From the NCBI GenBank assembly GCA_965249895.1, contig CBDFNC010000001.1:1163024-1227023 (forward strand): DNA of 64,000 bases, in the 5' to 3' direction. Source of the DNA: Psychromonadaceae bacterium. GTDB lineage: Bacteria; Pseudomonadota; Gammaproteobacteria; Enterobacterales; CBDFNC01. This document shows positions 46,089-56,493 of this stretch, in pieces. Under the pieces are notes generated by a model. It saw nothing but the letters and a program-made list of their open reading frames with translations. It searched no databases and was not told where the DNA came from. The position numbers were made by a program, and so were the translations under genes. Positions within the stretch are counted from its first letter, which is position 1; each line of letters starts with the position of its first letter.

Positions 46089-46901
46089 ATGATTTATATC
46101 TTTGCTGTTTTTACCCTGCTAGTTACAGCCTTGCTGTTGTTTCTTCCGACTTATCGCGACAGAAAGGCTAGGTTTGCACTATTTCCCCACCAGTGGGAAA
46201 TTGTTATCAACAATAACTTGCCTCTTTACGGGTATTTACCGGAACCTTTAAAGCGCCAACTCTATTTGCTGATAAATAGCTTTGTCCACAGGAAAAAATT
46301 CTATGGCTGTCAGGGTCTTGAAATAACTGACGAAATCAAAATAACCATAGCCGCGCAAGCTTGCCTTTTGCTATTGAACAGGCAAAGCGATGAGTTTTCC
46401 AATTTAAAGTCGGTGCTTGTGTACCCTGCTGCCTTTATTGCTCGGCGTGAAGTGGTGGGTGACAATGGTCTACATAGTATGGAGTGCAGTGGGTTAGCTG
46501 GGGAATCCTGGCAGCAGGGAAAAGTGATCTTATCCTGGGATGATGTGAAGAAAGGCGCCCTGGATATTCATGACGGTCACAACCTGGTATTGCACGAATT
46601 TGCCCATCAGTTGGACGGCAGCTGTGGCGGTACTAATGGTGCTCCTGCCCTGGACACACCTAATGCCTATAAGACTTGGGCCAGGGTGATGAGTCGGGAG
46701 TTCGAACAGCTTCAGTTTGATGCGCACCATCAACTGGCAAGTCTGATGAGTTATTACGGAGCCACCAATCCGGCCGAATTTTTTGCTGTGGTCACCGAAG
46801 TTTTTTTCGAAAAGCCCGCAGCGTTAAAGCAAAAACATCCTGAATTATATCAACTGTTGGCCACGTATTATCATATCGAGCCGGATATTTGGTTGATTTA
46901 G
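46089..46901 (+). CDS. mtfA: MtfA (Mlc titration factor A / M90 zinc peptidase family)
   Basis: N-terminal TM helix and the HEFAHQLD zinc-binding motif, with overall MtfA-like sequence. Confidence 0.75.
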   Translation: MIYIFAVFTLLVTALLLFLPTYRDRKARFALFPHQWEIVINNNLPLYGYLPEPLKRQLYLLINSFVHRKKFYGCQGLEITDEIKITIAAQACLLLLNRQSDEFSNLKSVLVYPAAFIARREVVGDNGLHSMECSGLAGESWQQGKVILSWDDVKKGALDIHDGHNLVLHEFAHQLDGSCGGTNGAPALDTPNAYKTWARVMSREFEQLQFDAHHQLASLMSYYGATNPAEFFAVVTEVFFEKPAALKQKHPELYQLLATYYHIEPDIWLI

Positions 46902-47068
46902 GTTGCGCTGTAATACTAAAGGTAAGCAACACGGGTTGGCTTTTTCCGCACGCCGCTATCCGGATATTATTGGGGCTTGTCTCACGAATCGATAGCCAAG
47001 GGTTAGACATAGCGGATTGGCCTGCTATAAACGTGAAGCAATTTATGTAATCTAAGGGAGTTGTCGCT

Positions 47069-47860
47069 GTGCTTGAAATTAAAGAACTCTCCATCTTGGT
47101 CGTAGAGCCATCCGTCATGCAAAGGAAGTTTATCTGCGCCCAGTTAAACGATGCGGGTGTCGAGCAGGTAGATACCGCCGCCGATATGGAGGATGCCTTG
47201 TCCTGCCTGGAGTCCTTTACTCCCGATTTGGTTATCAGCGCCATGTATTTTAATTCCGGTACGGGTGCTGATTTAGCCAAGAAAATTAAGCAAAATCCTT
47301 CATTCGATAGTACGGCGTTTATGCTAATTTCCAGTGAGAAAAAATGGGAGAACCTGGATGAAGTGAAGCAGGCTGGAGCCGTCGCTATTTTGCCCAAACC
47401 TTTCCTATTTACAGACTTAAAAAAAGCCCTCTATGCAACCATCGCCTATATTGAGCCGGAAGAACTGGAGCTGGAACTATACGATCCTACGTCGTTAAAA
47501 GTACTGATAGTGGATGATAGCCTGACAGCGCAAAAACATCTTCACCGGGTGCTGGAAAATATGGGGATCACCATGATTACAGTGGCAAACAATGGTGTGG
47601 AGGCCCTTAATTTTCTGCATAACCAGGAATTTGATGTCATAGTGACGGATTATAATATGCCGGAAATGGATGGGAAGGAGTTGGTGGAAAATATTCGCGC
47701 TAACCCCGAGTTGGCTTATTTGCCAGTGCTGATGGTGACATCAGAAGATGGAGAATCCAAGCTTAATGCGGTGAAACAAGCCGGGGTCTCCGCATTATGT
47801 GATAAACCGTTTAATATCGATACCATCAAAGGTATGTTGCAGCGGCTTCTTTCCGAATAA
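47069..47860 (+). CDS. response regulator with two tandem receiver (REC) domains and no output domain
   Basis: REC1 (LVVEPS...D in DLVISAMYF) and REC2 (VLIVDDS...VIVTDYNMPEMDG...K). Confidence 0.8.
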   Translation: MLEIKELSILVVEPSVMQRKFICAQLNDAGVEQVDTAADMEDALSCLESFTPDLVISAMYFNSGTGADLAKKIKQNPSFDSTAFMLISSEKKWENLDEVKQAGAVAILPKPFLFTDLKKALYATIAYIEPEELELELYDPTSLKVLIVDDSLTAQKHLHRVLENMGITMITVANNGVEALNFLHNQEFDVIVTDYNMPEMDGKELVENIRANPELAYLPVLMVTSEDGESKLNAVKQAGVSALCDKPFNIDTIKGMLQRLLSE

Positions 47861-47948
47861 CCGCGAGTTTACCGCCATCGATTACGAGTATTGGCCCTGT
47901 CTTAAAGGTCTAAACTAAATACACCCCTTATTATGCGAGGAGGCTGTT

Positions 47949-48722
47949 ATGTTAGTTCGACCAGCAGCTGTCGCGGGCAGCTTTTATCCCGCCGAGCCGT
48001 TAAAGCTAGATTGTTTGGTTTCTGGATTGCTGAGAGATAAAGCTCAGCAAAGTAAAAGTCGCCTTTTTATTGTCCCCCATGCCGGGTTGATCTACTCGGG
48101 AAGTGTTGCAGCCAGTGTTTATTCCCAATTTAATCCAGGGCAATTTAGCCGGGTAGTGATTATAGGTCCAGCTCATAGAGTGGCGTTTCGTGGTATCGCC
48201 TTGGCCGCGGCGGATGTATTTACCACTCCGTTTGGTAGGATCCCTATAGCAACAGACCTGTGTGAGCAGATCAAGCTTTTATCCGGGGTGCTGGTAAATG
48301 ATGAGTGCCATCAGACGGAGCATTGTATCGAGGTACAGTTACCCTTCTTACAGAAGACCCTGGGGAGCTTTGAATTGGTGCCTTTGTTGGTTGGATTGGC
48401 TGATGCGGAGCATATTGCGGCTGTCCTGCGGTTGGTGTGGCGTGAACAAAACACCTTGATACTGATCAGTTCGGATTTAAGCCACTTTCTGACTTATGAA
48501 CAGGCAAGCGAAAAGGATACGCTAAGCGCTAAGGCAATCGTCCATCTGGATGGCGCAGCCCTGGATAGTGATGGTGCTTGTGGTTATCTTCCCATACGTG
48601 GCCTGCTCAGGTTTGCCAAAGAGTCTGGATTAGCCGGGCATGAATTAGCCCGTTGCAATTCTGGAGATACGGCAGGTAACAAAGACAGAGTGGTTGGTTA
48701 TGGAGCCTTTAGTTTTAACTGA
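47949..48722 (+). CDS. amrB: AmmeMemoRadiSam system protein B (Memo1-like)
   Basis: Memo family N-terminus RPAAVAGSFYP and conserved His/Asp (IVPHAGLIYSG). Confidence 0.8.
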   Translation: MLVRPAAVAGSFYPAEPLKLDCLVSGLLRDKAQQSKSRLFIVPHAGLIYSGSVAASVYSQFNPGQFSRVVIIGPAHRVAFRGIALAAADVFTTPFGRIPIATDLCEQIKLLSGVLVNDECHQTEHCIEVQLPFLQKTLGSFELVPLLVGLADAEHIAAVLRLVWREQNTLILISSDLSHFLTYEQASEKDTLSAKAIVHLDGAALDSDGACGYLPIRGLLRFAKESGLAGHELARCNSGDTAGNKDRVVGYGAFSFN

Positions 48723-49260
48723 GCAAGCTTGTTTGTTATCTCTTGCCCGGGATAGCATTCGGGCAGAGTTAAGCGAACAGCCGTTTTCCCTCGAGCTTTC
48801 CGGTTATGATCATCGGTTATTAACGCCCCTCGCTTGTTTCGTTACCTTGCATTTGAGAGGTAAGCTCAGGGGCTGTATCGGGTGCCTGAGCACCAGTCAG
48901 CCTTTGGTGCAGGAGGTCGTCCGGCAAGCCTGCAATGCTGCATTTAGAGATCACCGTTTTTCACCTTTAACGCAGGATGAGTTTACTGAACTGAAGATCA
49001 GTATTTCTGTGCTGTCAGAATCAATTTTATTAAAGGTTAACAGTCAGCAGGCGCTTTTGACTAAGCTACGCAAGGGAGAAGATGGCTTGATCTTGCAGGA
49101 AGGGGAAAAAAGAGCAACTTTCTTACCCTCCGTTTGGTCAGAAATACCAAATAAGGAAGAGTTTGTACACAACTTAAAGGCGAAAGGAGGATTTGCTGCG
49201 GATTATTGGTCTTCAGAGCTGCAATGTTTTACTTATCAGTCCCAGTATTTTACCGAATAA
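48694..49260 (+). CDS. amrA: AmmeMemoRadiSam system protein A (AMMECR1 domain)
   Basis: AMMECR1 signature ACFVTLHLRGKLRGCIG. 29-nt overlap with amrB. Confidence 0.8.
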   Translation: MVMEPLVLTEQACLLSLARDSIRAELSEQPFSLELSGYDHRLLTPLACFVTLHLRGKLRGCIGCLSTSQPLVQEVVRQACNAAFRDHRFSPLTQDEFTELKISISVLSESILLKVNSQQALLTKLRKGEDGLILQEGEKRATFLPSVWSEIPNKEEFVHNLKAKGGFAADYWSSELQCFTYQSQYFTE

Positions 49261-49261
49261 C

Positions 49262-49852
49262 CTATTGATAAAGCTTTTTCGGCTCTTCCAGCTTTCCTTC
49301 TTTTAAATCATGGGCAAGGATGAGTGTCCTCTTCATGGCCAGGGTTAACGTGGTCATGGATAACGGCGTATAATTTCCTCTTAAGTAAGTGGGGCTAGGA
49401 AGCCATACCTGATTAAGGCCCATAAGTACGTGTAATTTGATAGGAGGGCTTTCAGGCGAGGCTTTTATGACCATAGAAGGGTAGGTAACGACCTGATACT
49501 TATCTGCCAGAGATTGAGTTTGCCGGTTGGTGTTGGCGGTGATCTTTACCTTTAACATGGGTTTGCTGGCTGCGATAAAGTCGGAGTCGGTGAGGTAATC
49601 GTTCTCAAAGAAACCACAGTTTCTGCAGGGATTACGGGTAAAATAGAGTAGTAACGGTCGCTTGTACTGTTTGGAATCCTCGATGGCCTGGGCCAGCCCC
49701 TTTTCTTCGAAATACCATCCGTCACCCGAGCTAAGCGCATCACGTTGCACATAAAAAAAATAAACGTATGAGAGGGTGCCGATTAACACCAGCAAAACTG
49801 CCGGTAAACCTACTCTTTTTTTTAACTGGGCTGGTGTCATGGGGTATTCCAT
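49262..49852 (-). CDS. membrane-anchored thioredoxin-fold protein
   Basis: N-terminal TM helix and the motif LLLYFTRNPCRNCGFF (CxxC-like). Confidence 0.55.
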   Translation of the reverse strand: MEYPMTPAQLKKRVGLPAVLLVLIGTLSYVYFFYVQRDALSSGDGWYFEEKGLAQAIEDSKQYKRPLLLYFTRNPCRNCGFFENDYLTDSDFIAASKPMLKVKITANTNRQTQSLADKYQVVTYPSMVIKASPESPPIKLHVLMGLNQVWLPSPTYLRGNYTPLSMTTLTLAMKRTLILAHDLKEGKLEEPKKLYQ

Positions 49853-49958
49853 TAATTTGGTGACAGTAAGCTATTGTAATTGACCTAACCGCCAATCACT
49901 AAGTCCAGGTTTTTTAGGTCGTGAGCTGGATTGTTATTTTTAACTATTGGTGTAGGTT

Positions 49959-51362
49959 TTAAGCCTGGCTAAACGTTAACTTAAACCCGGCGCCACCCAG
50001 TTCACTGTTAAAAATACTGATGCTGCCGGAGTAAGAATCAACTATCTCGCTCGCTACCGCCAGCCCGATCCCCTGACCGCCAGAGCTGTCGGCTCTAACT
50101 CCGCGCTTTAATATGTCCTTGCGGATAGCATCATCCACACCAAGACCATCATCTTCGATAAGTAGGGTAAGCCCCTGATCTTTGTCTATCTGGCAACTGA
50201 GCTTGACCTGGGAAATACAAAATTTATAAGCATTGTCCAGCAGATTGCCCAGCAGCTCCATTAAATCATCCTGCTGACCAAAAAACACACTGTTGTCCGG
50301 ATCTTCCAGCCGTGACTTGACCCCCTTATGGGAGTAAACCTTATCCAGTGTTGTCAGGAGCTTTTGCGCTTCTGCCGCCACAGGTACAGGTTTGGCCAGA
50401 ATACTGCTGCGGCCAGATACGGCGCGACGCAGTTGGTAGTGCACAATCTGGTCCATTTGGCTTACCTGATCATTAAGGATATTGTCAAAATCTTTACTGC
50501 TTTCTTTATTGTCCTGGTTCACCGCTCGTAACAAGGCCAGCCTGGTTTTCAGGCTATGGGCCAGATCATTCATTGAGTTTTGATAACGCTCTTTTTGCGC
50601 TCTCTCGCTATCGATCAACTGGTTTAATGCAGATGTCACATTTAGCAGCTCTGGTTCATAAGTGCTGGAGAGTTTTTCCCGCTTCCCTTGTTTAATTTGC
50701 GTGAGCTCATTAGCCATTTGATTCAGGCTGCGCAAATTCCATTTGATGGTGAAATAAAAAATGGCGGTAAAAAAGAAAAACAGAAATAAACCTCTGCGGT
50801 AAGCCTGGTGTTTCGCCTCTAACACTTTTTCTTCCAGTTTATCGGCGAGTTTAACCACGGCAATAATATAACCTGTGCTGTTGCCAGAGACTTTACGTTC
50901 GATGGCAGAAAGCTGTAACAGGATAGGGCGGTTATTTAGCTTAAATTCCACATACTGAGATTCATACCCATCCAGGTTAACTGTAATAAACTGAGAGGTT
51001 TGGTCCGCCATTAATTGGTCGATACGCAAGCAGATAGCATCCGGGTTTTGTAATTTAGCGAGGGACTTCGAATGCCAGGCAACCTTATCGGTTTGTTGGT
51101 TACAGACCAGCGCAACCAGACCCGAACCGGGTCTGTTTAAATCGGGGTAACTCACGGTTTCCGGCAATATAACGTGATCACCTATCACCCGCCCTTCCGA
51201 ATAAAGGCTGGTAATGACGTTTTGCAGCGTCTCCCTTTGTTGGGAGATCAGTTGTTCCTTTTGGTTATCAATTTGATAGCTAATAAAGGTCACTACACCC
51301 AGGGCCAGCACCAGTACGCTGGTACCCAGCAGTTTGATTTTAAGGGAGCGAATTATTTGCAT
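49959..51362 (-). CDS. PhoQ-like sensor histidine kinase
   Basis: Two TM helices, a periplasmic domain and HAMP. H-box LAHSLKTRLALLRA. C-terminal HATPase. Confidence 0.8.
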   Translation of the reverse strand: MQIIRSLKIKLLGTSVLVLALGVVTFISYQIDNQKEQLISQQRETLQNVITSLYSEGRVIGDHVILPETVSYPDLNRPGSGLVALVCNQQTDKVAWHSKSLAKLQNPDAICLRIDQLMADQTSQFITVNLDGYESQYVEFKLNNRPILLQLSAIERKVSGNSTGYIIAVVKLADKLEEKVLEAKHQAYRRGLFLFFFFTAIFYFTIKWNLRSLNQMANELTQIKQGKREKLSSTYEPELLNVTSALNQLIDSERAQKERYQNSMNDLAHSLKTRLALLRAVNQDNKESSKDFDNILNDQVSQMDQIVHYQLRRAVSGRSSILAKPVPVAAEAQKLLTTLDKVYSHKGVKSRLEDPDNSVFFGQQDDLMELLGNLLDNAYKFCISQVKLSCQIDKDQGLTLLIEDDGLGVDDAIRKDILKRGVRADSSGGQGIGLAVASEIVDSYSGSISIFNSELGGAGFKLTFSQA

Positions 51363-52027
51363 GCCAGATTAAATATATAGCCCTGACCACGTACAGTGGT
51401 GATAGGTTTAAGGGTGTTGCTCTTGTCCATTTTCTTTCTCAGCCTGCTGACCATTACTTCAATGACGTTGGGGTCGCCCTCACCATCGCTGTATAGTTGA
51501 TCCAACAATTGCTGTTTGGACACTACCTGGCCATGGTTGCGCATCAGGTACTCAAGGATCTGATATTCAAAAGCAGTTAGTTCGGTTTCCACAGCATCGA
51601 TTTGTAAGGTTTTCTTGGCCAGGTCCAGCAAAAAGCAATCGGCTTCGATTTGCGGTTTAATAAAACCGGCGCTGCGCCTCACCAGTGCATTTAGCCTGGC
51701 CCAGAGCTCGTCTTGTTGGAAAGGTTTCACCACATAATCATCGGCTCCGGCTTCCAGTCCCTCCACCTTCTCCTGCCAGTTACCACGGGCTGTTAGGATC
51801 AAAATAGGAAAGCTGAGCTCCCGGCTGCGGAAACTTTTTACCAGATCCAGCCCGTCTATATCCGGCAGCCCAAGGTCCACTATGGCGACATCTATGGGGT
51901 ATTGCTCGGCGTAATATAGGCCTAATTCGGCGTTTTCGGCTTCGTGAACCTGGTTGCCTAACTCTTCTAATTGAGATCTTAAGTGGTGGCGTAATATTGC
52001 ATCGTCTTCGACTATCAGTATTTTCAT
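51353..52027 (-). CDS. OmpR/PhoP-family response regulator
   Basis: REC (MKILIVEDD...VDLGLPDIDG) plus a winged-helix C-terminus. 10-nt overlap with the kinase gene. Confidence 0.85.
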   Translation of the reverse strand: MKILIVEDDAILRHHLRSQLEELGNQVHEAENAELGLYYAEQYPIDVAIVDLGLPDIDGLDLVKSFRSRELSFPILILTARGNWQEKVEGLEAGADDYVVKPFQQDELWARLNALVRRSAGFIKPQIEADCFLLDLAKKTLQIDAVETELTAFEYQILEYLMRNHGQVVSKQQLLDQLYSDGEGDPNVIEVMVSRLRKKMDKSNTLKPITTVRGQGYIFNLACK

Positions 52028-52104
52028 AATTCTTGGTTCTATAATGTGGCAGATGTCATTATTTCATAAACTGGCATAACAGAAGCTGAACGGAACGCTT
52101 AACC

Positions 52105-52995
52105 CTATGGGTAATTACTTTGCCTGTCCAACAGGATTTCAGCATTGCTGTCCGGATAAATGGACTGCAGGCTAGTTTGGAGCTGGTTTTTTAGCGCCAT
52201 AAAATCGTTCATATTGATCTCATCATGGTCAGGTTCGACCACTAAAGTTACCCAGGTTTTACGCCCGGTTTTAATTACGTCCAATGACAATACCTTGATA
52301 TCGTGTTCACGAGTTAAGGTTTCCAGCTTTTCTTCTATGGGGGCCATATGGGCTTTATCCGGCGTTGCCAGCAGCAGCTCTTTAAACCCACTACGAACCA
52401 AGTTTAGGGGATCCCGAATAAAGACAAGGCTGAAGAGGATCACCAGAATTTGGTCTATATACCTGGCTATCCAAGCAAACGAGGTGGACTGGATAATCAA
52501 GACGATTACCAGCGCTAACCCGATGGCGCCGGAAATGACGGCATTGATTAGCCAGGCTTGCTTTTCCGCTTTGAGTATATCTGAACCGGCATTTTGGTAA
52601 CCCTTGTCGCATACTTTATACAAGATAAGGCAGCCGACAACGGCAGGAAATACATATAATGCCATTAATCCCAAGGCAGGATCCCGGCCCCCTGACAGGA
52701 GTACGGGCAGGTTAGAGGCAATAGCGATAGCGATCAACACTAACATTGAAGTTCCCTTAATCAACACGATAAGAGATTCGAATGAGTAGTAACCCAGGGG
52801 GTATTTTTTACTGCTGCCCTTGGCAGCCAGGATTGTGACCTTAATAGAAAAAAATGAAACGATAGCGGAAATCAGGTTAAACGCACCGTCTAATAAAATT
52901 GCGCCTGATTGAGCTATTACCGCCATGGAGATGCCCCATACGGCCAGAATAAAAGCGCCGATCATGGAATACTTTAGGGTTTTGGACTCATTCAT
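52105..52995 (-). CDS. cation diffusion facilitator family transporter
   Basis: Six TM helices and a C-terminal cytoplasmic domain. CDF signature around GAILLDGAFNLISAI. Confidence 0.8.
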   Translation of the reverse strand: MNESKTLKYSMIGAFILAVWGISMAVIAQSGAILLDGAFNLISAIVSFFSIKVTILAAKGSSKKYPLGYYSFESLIVLIKGTSMLVLIAIAIASNLPVLLSGGRDPALGLMALYVFPAVVGCLILYKVCDKGYQNAGSDILKAEKQAWLINAVISGAIGLALVIVLIIQSTSFAWIARYIDQILVILFSLVFIRDPLNLVRSGFKELLLATPDKAHMAPIEEKLETLTREHDIKVLSLDVIKTGRKTWVTLVVEPDHDEINMNDFMALKNQLQTSLQSIYPDSNAEILLDRQSNYP

Positions 52996-53165
52996 TAGCT
53001 AACCTTGCCGCTCAGTCTGTTTAGGTTGGAAACCATTGTAATAACTTGTTTTAGCAAAGTCTGTGATAAGTTGTGTCATTTGAACCGATTAAGGGGATTG
53101 ATCGTCTATCTCCTCTAGCTATAATCTGAACATTAGACCATTAAAAAATAACACAAAGGACAACA

Positions 53166-54113
53166 ATGGCGAACTTAATGGACTCGATCGATCTACGCAC
53201 CAAGCTCGTTGGTGAAAACAGGCTGGAGCTTCTTCTGTTTCACCTTAAAGGCCACCAATTGTTCGCGATTAATGTTTTTAAGGTCAAGGAAGTAGTATCG
53301 TTACCCCCGCTTAATATTTTGCCTAAAAGCCACAGGCACATTTGTGGTGTGGTTAATATCCGTGGCACATCCATTCCCGTTATTAACCTGCTGGGCGCCA
53401 TTACCAATTTCCCGATGGAAATAAACGAGCACTGCAACCTGATTATTACTGAATATAATCGCACTGTGCAGGGGTTTCTCGTGGGGCAGGTGGAAAATAT
53501 AGTCAACATAACCTGGAGTGATGTGATGCCACCGCCACAGACTGTGGGTAAAAATCATTACCTGACAGCCATCACAAAAATAGAAAAAGAAGGTCAGCAA
53601 CGCCTGGTTGAAATTATCGATGTCGAAAAAGTACTGGCGGAGATCGTTACCTATAACGTGGAAATTTCTGAGGGGGTTCTGGACGAGAATATCCGTGATA
53701 GCATGCAGGGCCGTAAGATCCTGTTGGCGGATGACTCTTCCACGGCAAGGGGGCAGGTGCGAGACACTTTGGCCCAATTAGGCGTTGAAGTGATTGAAAC
53801 CTGTGATGGCCTGGAAGCGTTAGAGTTGTTACAAAGCTGGTGTGAGCAAGGTAAGGTGATCAATGAGGAAATCCTTATGCTGATCACCGATGCCGAAATG
53901 CCGAAAATGGATGGTTATAAGCTGACCCATGAAATCCGCAATGATCCCCGCATGAGTGATTTGTATATTGCCCTTAATACTTCTTTAAGCGGTGGTTTTA
54001 ACCAGGCTATGGTTGAGAAGGTAGGCTGTGATAAGTTCATTTCCAAATTCCAACCCGATAAGCTTGTTGAAATGGTGCAGGAGCGTCTGAAAATGGTGCT
54101 GGGTACCGACTAA
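53166..54113 (+). CDS. cheV: chemotaxis protein CheV (CheW-like + REC)
   Basis: N-terminal CheW domain and C-terminal receiver (ILLADDSST...LITDAEMPKMDG). Confidence 0.85.
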   Translation: MANLMDSIDLRTKLVGENRLELLLFHLKGHQLFAINVFKVKEVVSLPPLNILPKSHRHICGVVNIRGTSIPVINLLGAITNFPMEINEHCNLIITEYNRTVQGFLVGQVENIVNITWSDVMPPPQTVGKNHYLTAITKIEKEGQQRLVEIIDVEKVLAEIVTYNVEISEGVLDENIRDSMQGRKILLADDSSTARGQVRDTLAQLGVEVIETCDGLEALELLQSWCEQGKVINEEILMLITDAEMPKMDGYKLTHEIRNDPRMSDLYIALNTSLSGGFNQAMVEKVGCDKFISKFQPDKLVEMVQERLKMVLGTD

Positions 54114-54772
54114 CCCAGACTTGGGGTTATTTGATAAGCACATCGCCTAGCCCCTTCCACTATATGTTCAACCCGTGTCACCTTATATCCAGATAGCAGG
54201 GTTTGAAACATATTGAGCTCAGAGCGGCATAGGTTCTGGCAAGCCGTAGCGGCGGCGCATATTGGGCAGTGATTTTCCACTAAATAATAATCTTCCTCCC
54301 GTTTGAACCAGTCGGCCATATAACCCTCTTCGCTTCTGCGCTGACATAATAGCTGTAGGCGCTTCTCCACATCTTCGGCCTCTGCCATCATGGCTTGATA
54401 GCTGTCCATGCTTACTTGTTCCCGATGAGCGACCAGTTTATCCAGGCCTTGCTCACCGAATACTTGCTCTACTGAATTTAATATTTGCAGGGTGAGATCG
54501 CCATGGCTATCGGGAAAACGACCGTGCCCTTTCTCGGTCAGAAAAAAGTAGCGGGCGGGTCTTCCTACCTTGGCTTTTTTGTCTTCATGGTCGATTAAGC
54601 TATCGGCTTCCAGAGCTAACAGGTGTTGACGAACTCCCATTGTGGTCAGGCCAAACTCTTCAGCCAGGATCTTGGCAGTCTGTGGTCCACTGCTTTTTAA
54701 GCGATATAGCAATTTATCTATGGTTTTCATGGATACAACTCTCTTGCTTGATGTTGCCATTATCCTACTCAA
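54110..54772 (-). CDS. ArsR-like HTH transcriptional regulator with C-terminal Cys-rich domain
   Basis: N-terminal wHTH (TAKILAEEFGLTTMGVRQHL) and a C-terminus HCPICAAATACQNLC. Confidence 0.5.
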   Translation of the reverse strand: MSRIMATSSKRVVSMKTIDKLLYRLKSSGPQTAKILAEEFGLTTMGVRQHLLALEADSLIDHEDKKAKVGRPARYFFLTEKGHGRFPDSHGDLTLQILNSVEQVFGEQGLDKLVAHREQVSMDSYQAMMAEAEDVEKRLQLLCQRRSEEGYMADWFKREEDYYLVENHCPICAAATACQNLCRSELNMFQTLLSGYKVTRVEHIVEGARRCAYQITPSLG

Positions 54773-54843
54773 AGCAAGATAAGTAAAGTTTTAGCTTTAC
54801 AAAACCTGGTAAAGTCTTTACCTTGAATGGTAAGTAAAGTAAT

Positions 54844-55473
54844 TTGTTTATTAAGTGGTGGTGTATGAGATTAACTATAGTCAGTTCCAGTCATAGACTT
54901 GGCGCCAACAGTGCAAAGATTGGTGAATTTATTAAACGTCATGAAATCGAATCTGGTGTGTATCAGGATGTACAACATTTTGATTTGGCTAAATTAAATA
55001 TTCCTATGTGGGAAGAAGGTTTAACTGACACCGATCCTAAGTGGCGTGACTCCTGGTTTGGCCTGAAAGAAGTGTTGCAGTATTCTCATGCTTTGGTGCT
55101 GATCACTCCGGAGTGGGGAGGCATGGCTACACCACAATTAAAAAATCTACTCCTGCTTTGCTCGGGACAAGAGTTGGGTCATAAGCCTGGACTGCTGATC
55201 AGTGTCTCGTCAGGAATAAGCGGGGCATACCCAATTGCCGAGTTAAAGATGACTGCTTTTAAGAACAATCAGATGCTGGTATTACCGGATCACCTTATTG
55301 TAAGAGATGCAGACAATGTACTGAATGGAGAAGCAGTAAACGGGCAAAGGGATATGGCGCTTCGTGAGCGCTTGGCTCATCAACTTCGTACTTTATCGGC
55401 CTACAGTAAGTCCTTGAGCGAGATGCGCGCTAACGTGGATTTCGATTTACTTCAATATGCTTACGGCATGTAA
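54844..55473 (+). CDS. NAD(P)H-dependent FMN reductase-like oxidoreductase (flavodoxin fold)
   Basis: MRLTIVSSSHRLGANS flavodoxin-like N-terminus. The true start is probably the internal Met at about 54865. Confidence 0.65.
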   Translation: MFIKWWCMRLTIVSSSHRLGANSAKIGEFIKRHEIESGVYQDVQHFDLAKLNIPMWEEGLTDTDPKWRDSWFGLKEVLQYSHALVLITPEWGGMATPQLKNLLLLCSGQELGHKPGLLISVSSGISGAYPIAELKMTAFKNNQMLVLPDHLIVRDADNVLNGEAVNGQRDMALRERLAHQLRTLSAYSKSLSEMRANVDFDLLQYAYGM

Positions 55474-55629
55474 GTCAGGTCTAGGTGTTTGAGTTGTGAG
55501 CTTAGAGGCAGATACAAAAGTTAATTCGGGTAATAACTGAGCTATGCAACTCATTAAGCCTGAGAGCTTATGCCTCAAGTTGATGACAAGTGAAAGCCCG
55601 GCGGCTTTACATCAGATGGAGGCGGGTAA

Positions 55630-56493
55630 ATGAAGGTACTGATATGGGGTGGGACGGGTTACCTGGGGTTTAACCTGGCTAGGCTTTTTAGTGCGCGGTA
55701 TCCTGGCTGTATTTTTGCCAGTTTCCGCAGAGCAGATGGCAAAGCCAGGTTGCAGGCTATTGGGTGTCAACCCGTAGATGCCAATGATGCAGCGCTTCCC
55801 GTTTCCCTTAAAAATAGGTTTGACCTTATCATCAACTGTGCCAAAGCCCATTGGTCTGAGTTTTCAACGGAGCAGGTGGCGGCGCAGGAAAGAGAAACCC
55901 TGAAGTTACTGGATCAGCTGGCGACTAAAAATGCAGTCAAAATCCATACCAGCGGTATTTGGTTATTCGCTAAGCAAGTTGGCAGAGTCGATGTAAACCA
56001 CTTTATGCCCCTGGCTATAAGCCATCCGGATGTGCAGACCTTGCAAGGCCCAAGTGCAAGATCCTGGGTCCAGGTTTTTTTACCGTCTTATATTTATGGT
56101 GGAGTGAATTGCCAATTGAAGCGATGTATTAAAGAGTGGTCGGACTCTGGCTGCCACTACATTGAGGGTAACCGTAACCGGGTGTCGGTTATTCATGTGG
56201 ATGACGTGGCAAGTTATTACCTGTTTTTACATAAGAAAAGGCTCGGGGCAGGACGTTTCACTCCTTATGAACATCGGGTTTATAGCAGTGAAGAGTTATA
56301 TGATCAGCTTTTTAAACTGGGAGTTGTCGGTGAGTTAAAGGCGCACTCGCTTGATAGCTTCAGGAAAGATTTTGGCCAGGACTGGCTGGATGTTGAGCTG
56401 ATAGAGGCTGAATTTGAACAACCAGCAGACTGGCAAGCAAAACATAATTTGGCGGCATATTTAGCCGCAGAGCAAACCAAGGAGCAAGTATGA
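55630..56493 (+). CDS. NAD(P)-binding Rossmann protein, epimerase/dehydratase-like
   Basis: MKVLIWGGTGYLGFNLARL GxxGxxG motif. Confidence 0.65.
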   Translation: MKVLIWGGTGYLGFNLARLFSARYPGCIFASFRRADGKARLQAIGCQPVDANDAALPVSLKNRFDLIINCAKAHWSEFSTEQVAAQERETLKLLDQLATKNAVKIHTSGIWLFAKQVGRVDVNHFMPLAISHPDVQTLQGPSARSWVQVFLPSYIYGGVNCQLKRCIKEWSDSGCHYIEGNRNRVSVIHVDDVASYYLFLHKKRLGAGRFTPYEHRVYSSEELYDQLFKLGVVGELKAHSLDSFRKDFGQDWLDVELIEAEFEQPADWQAKHNLAAYLAAEQTKEQV

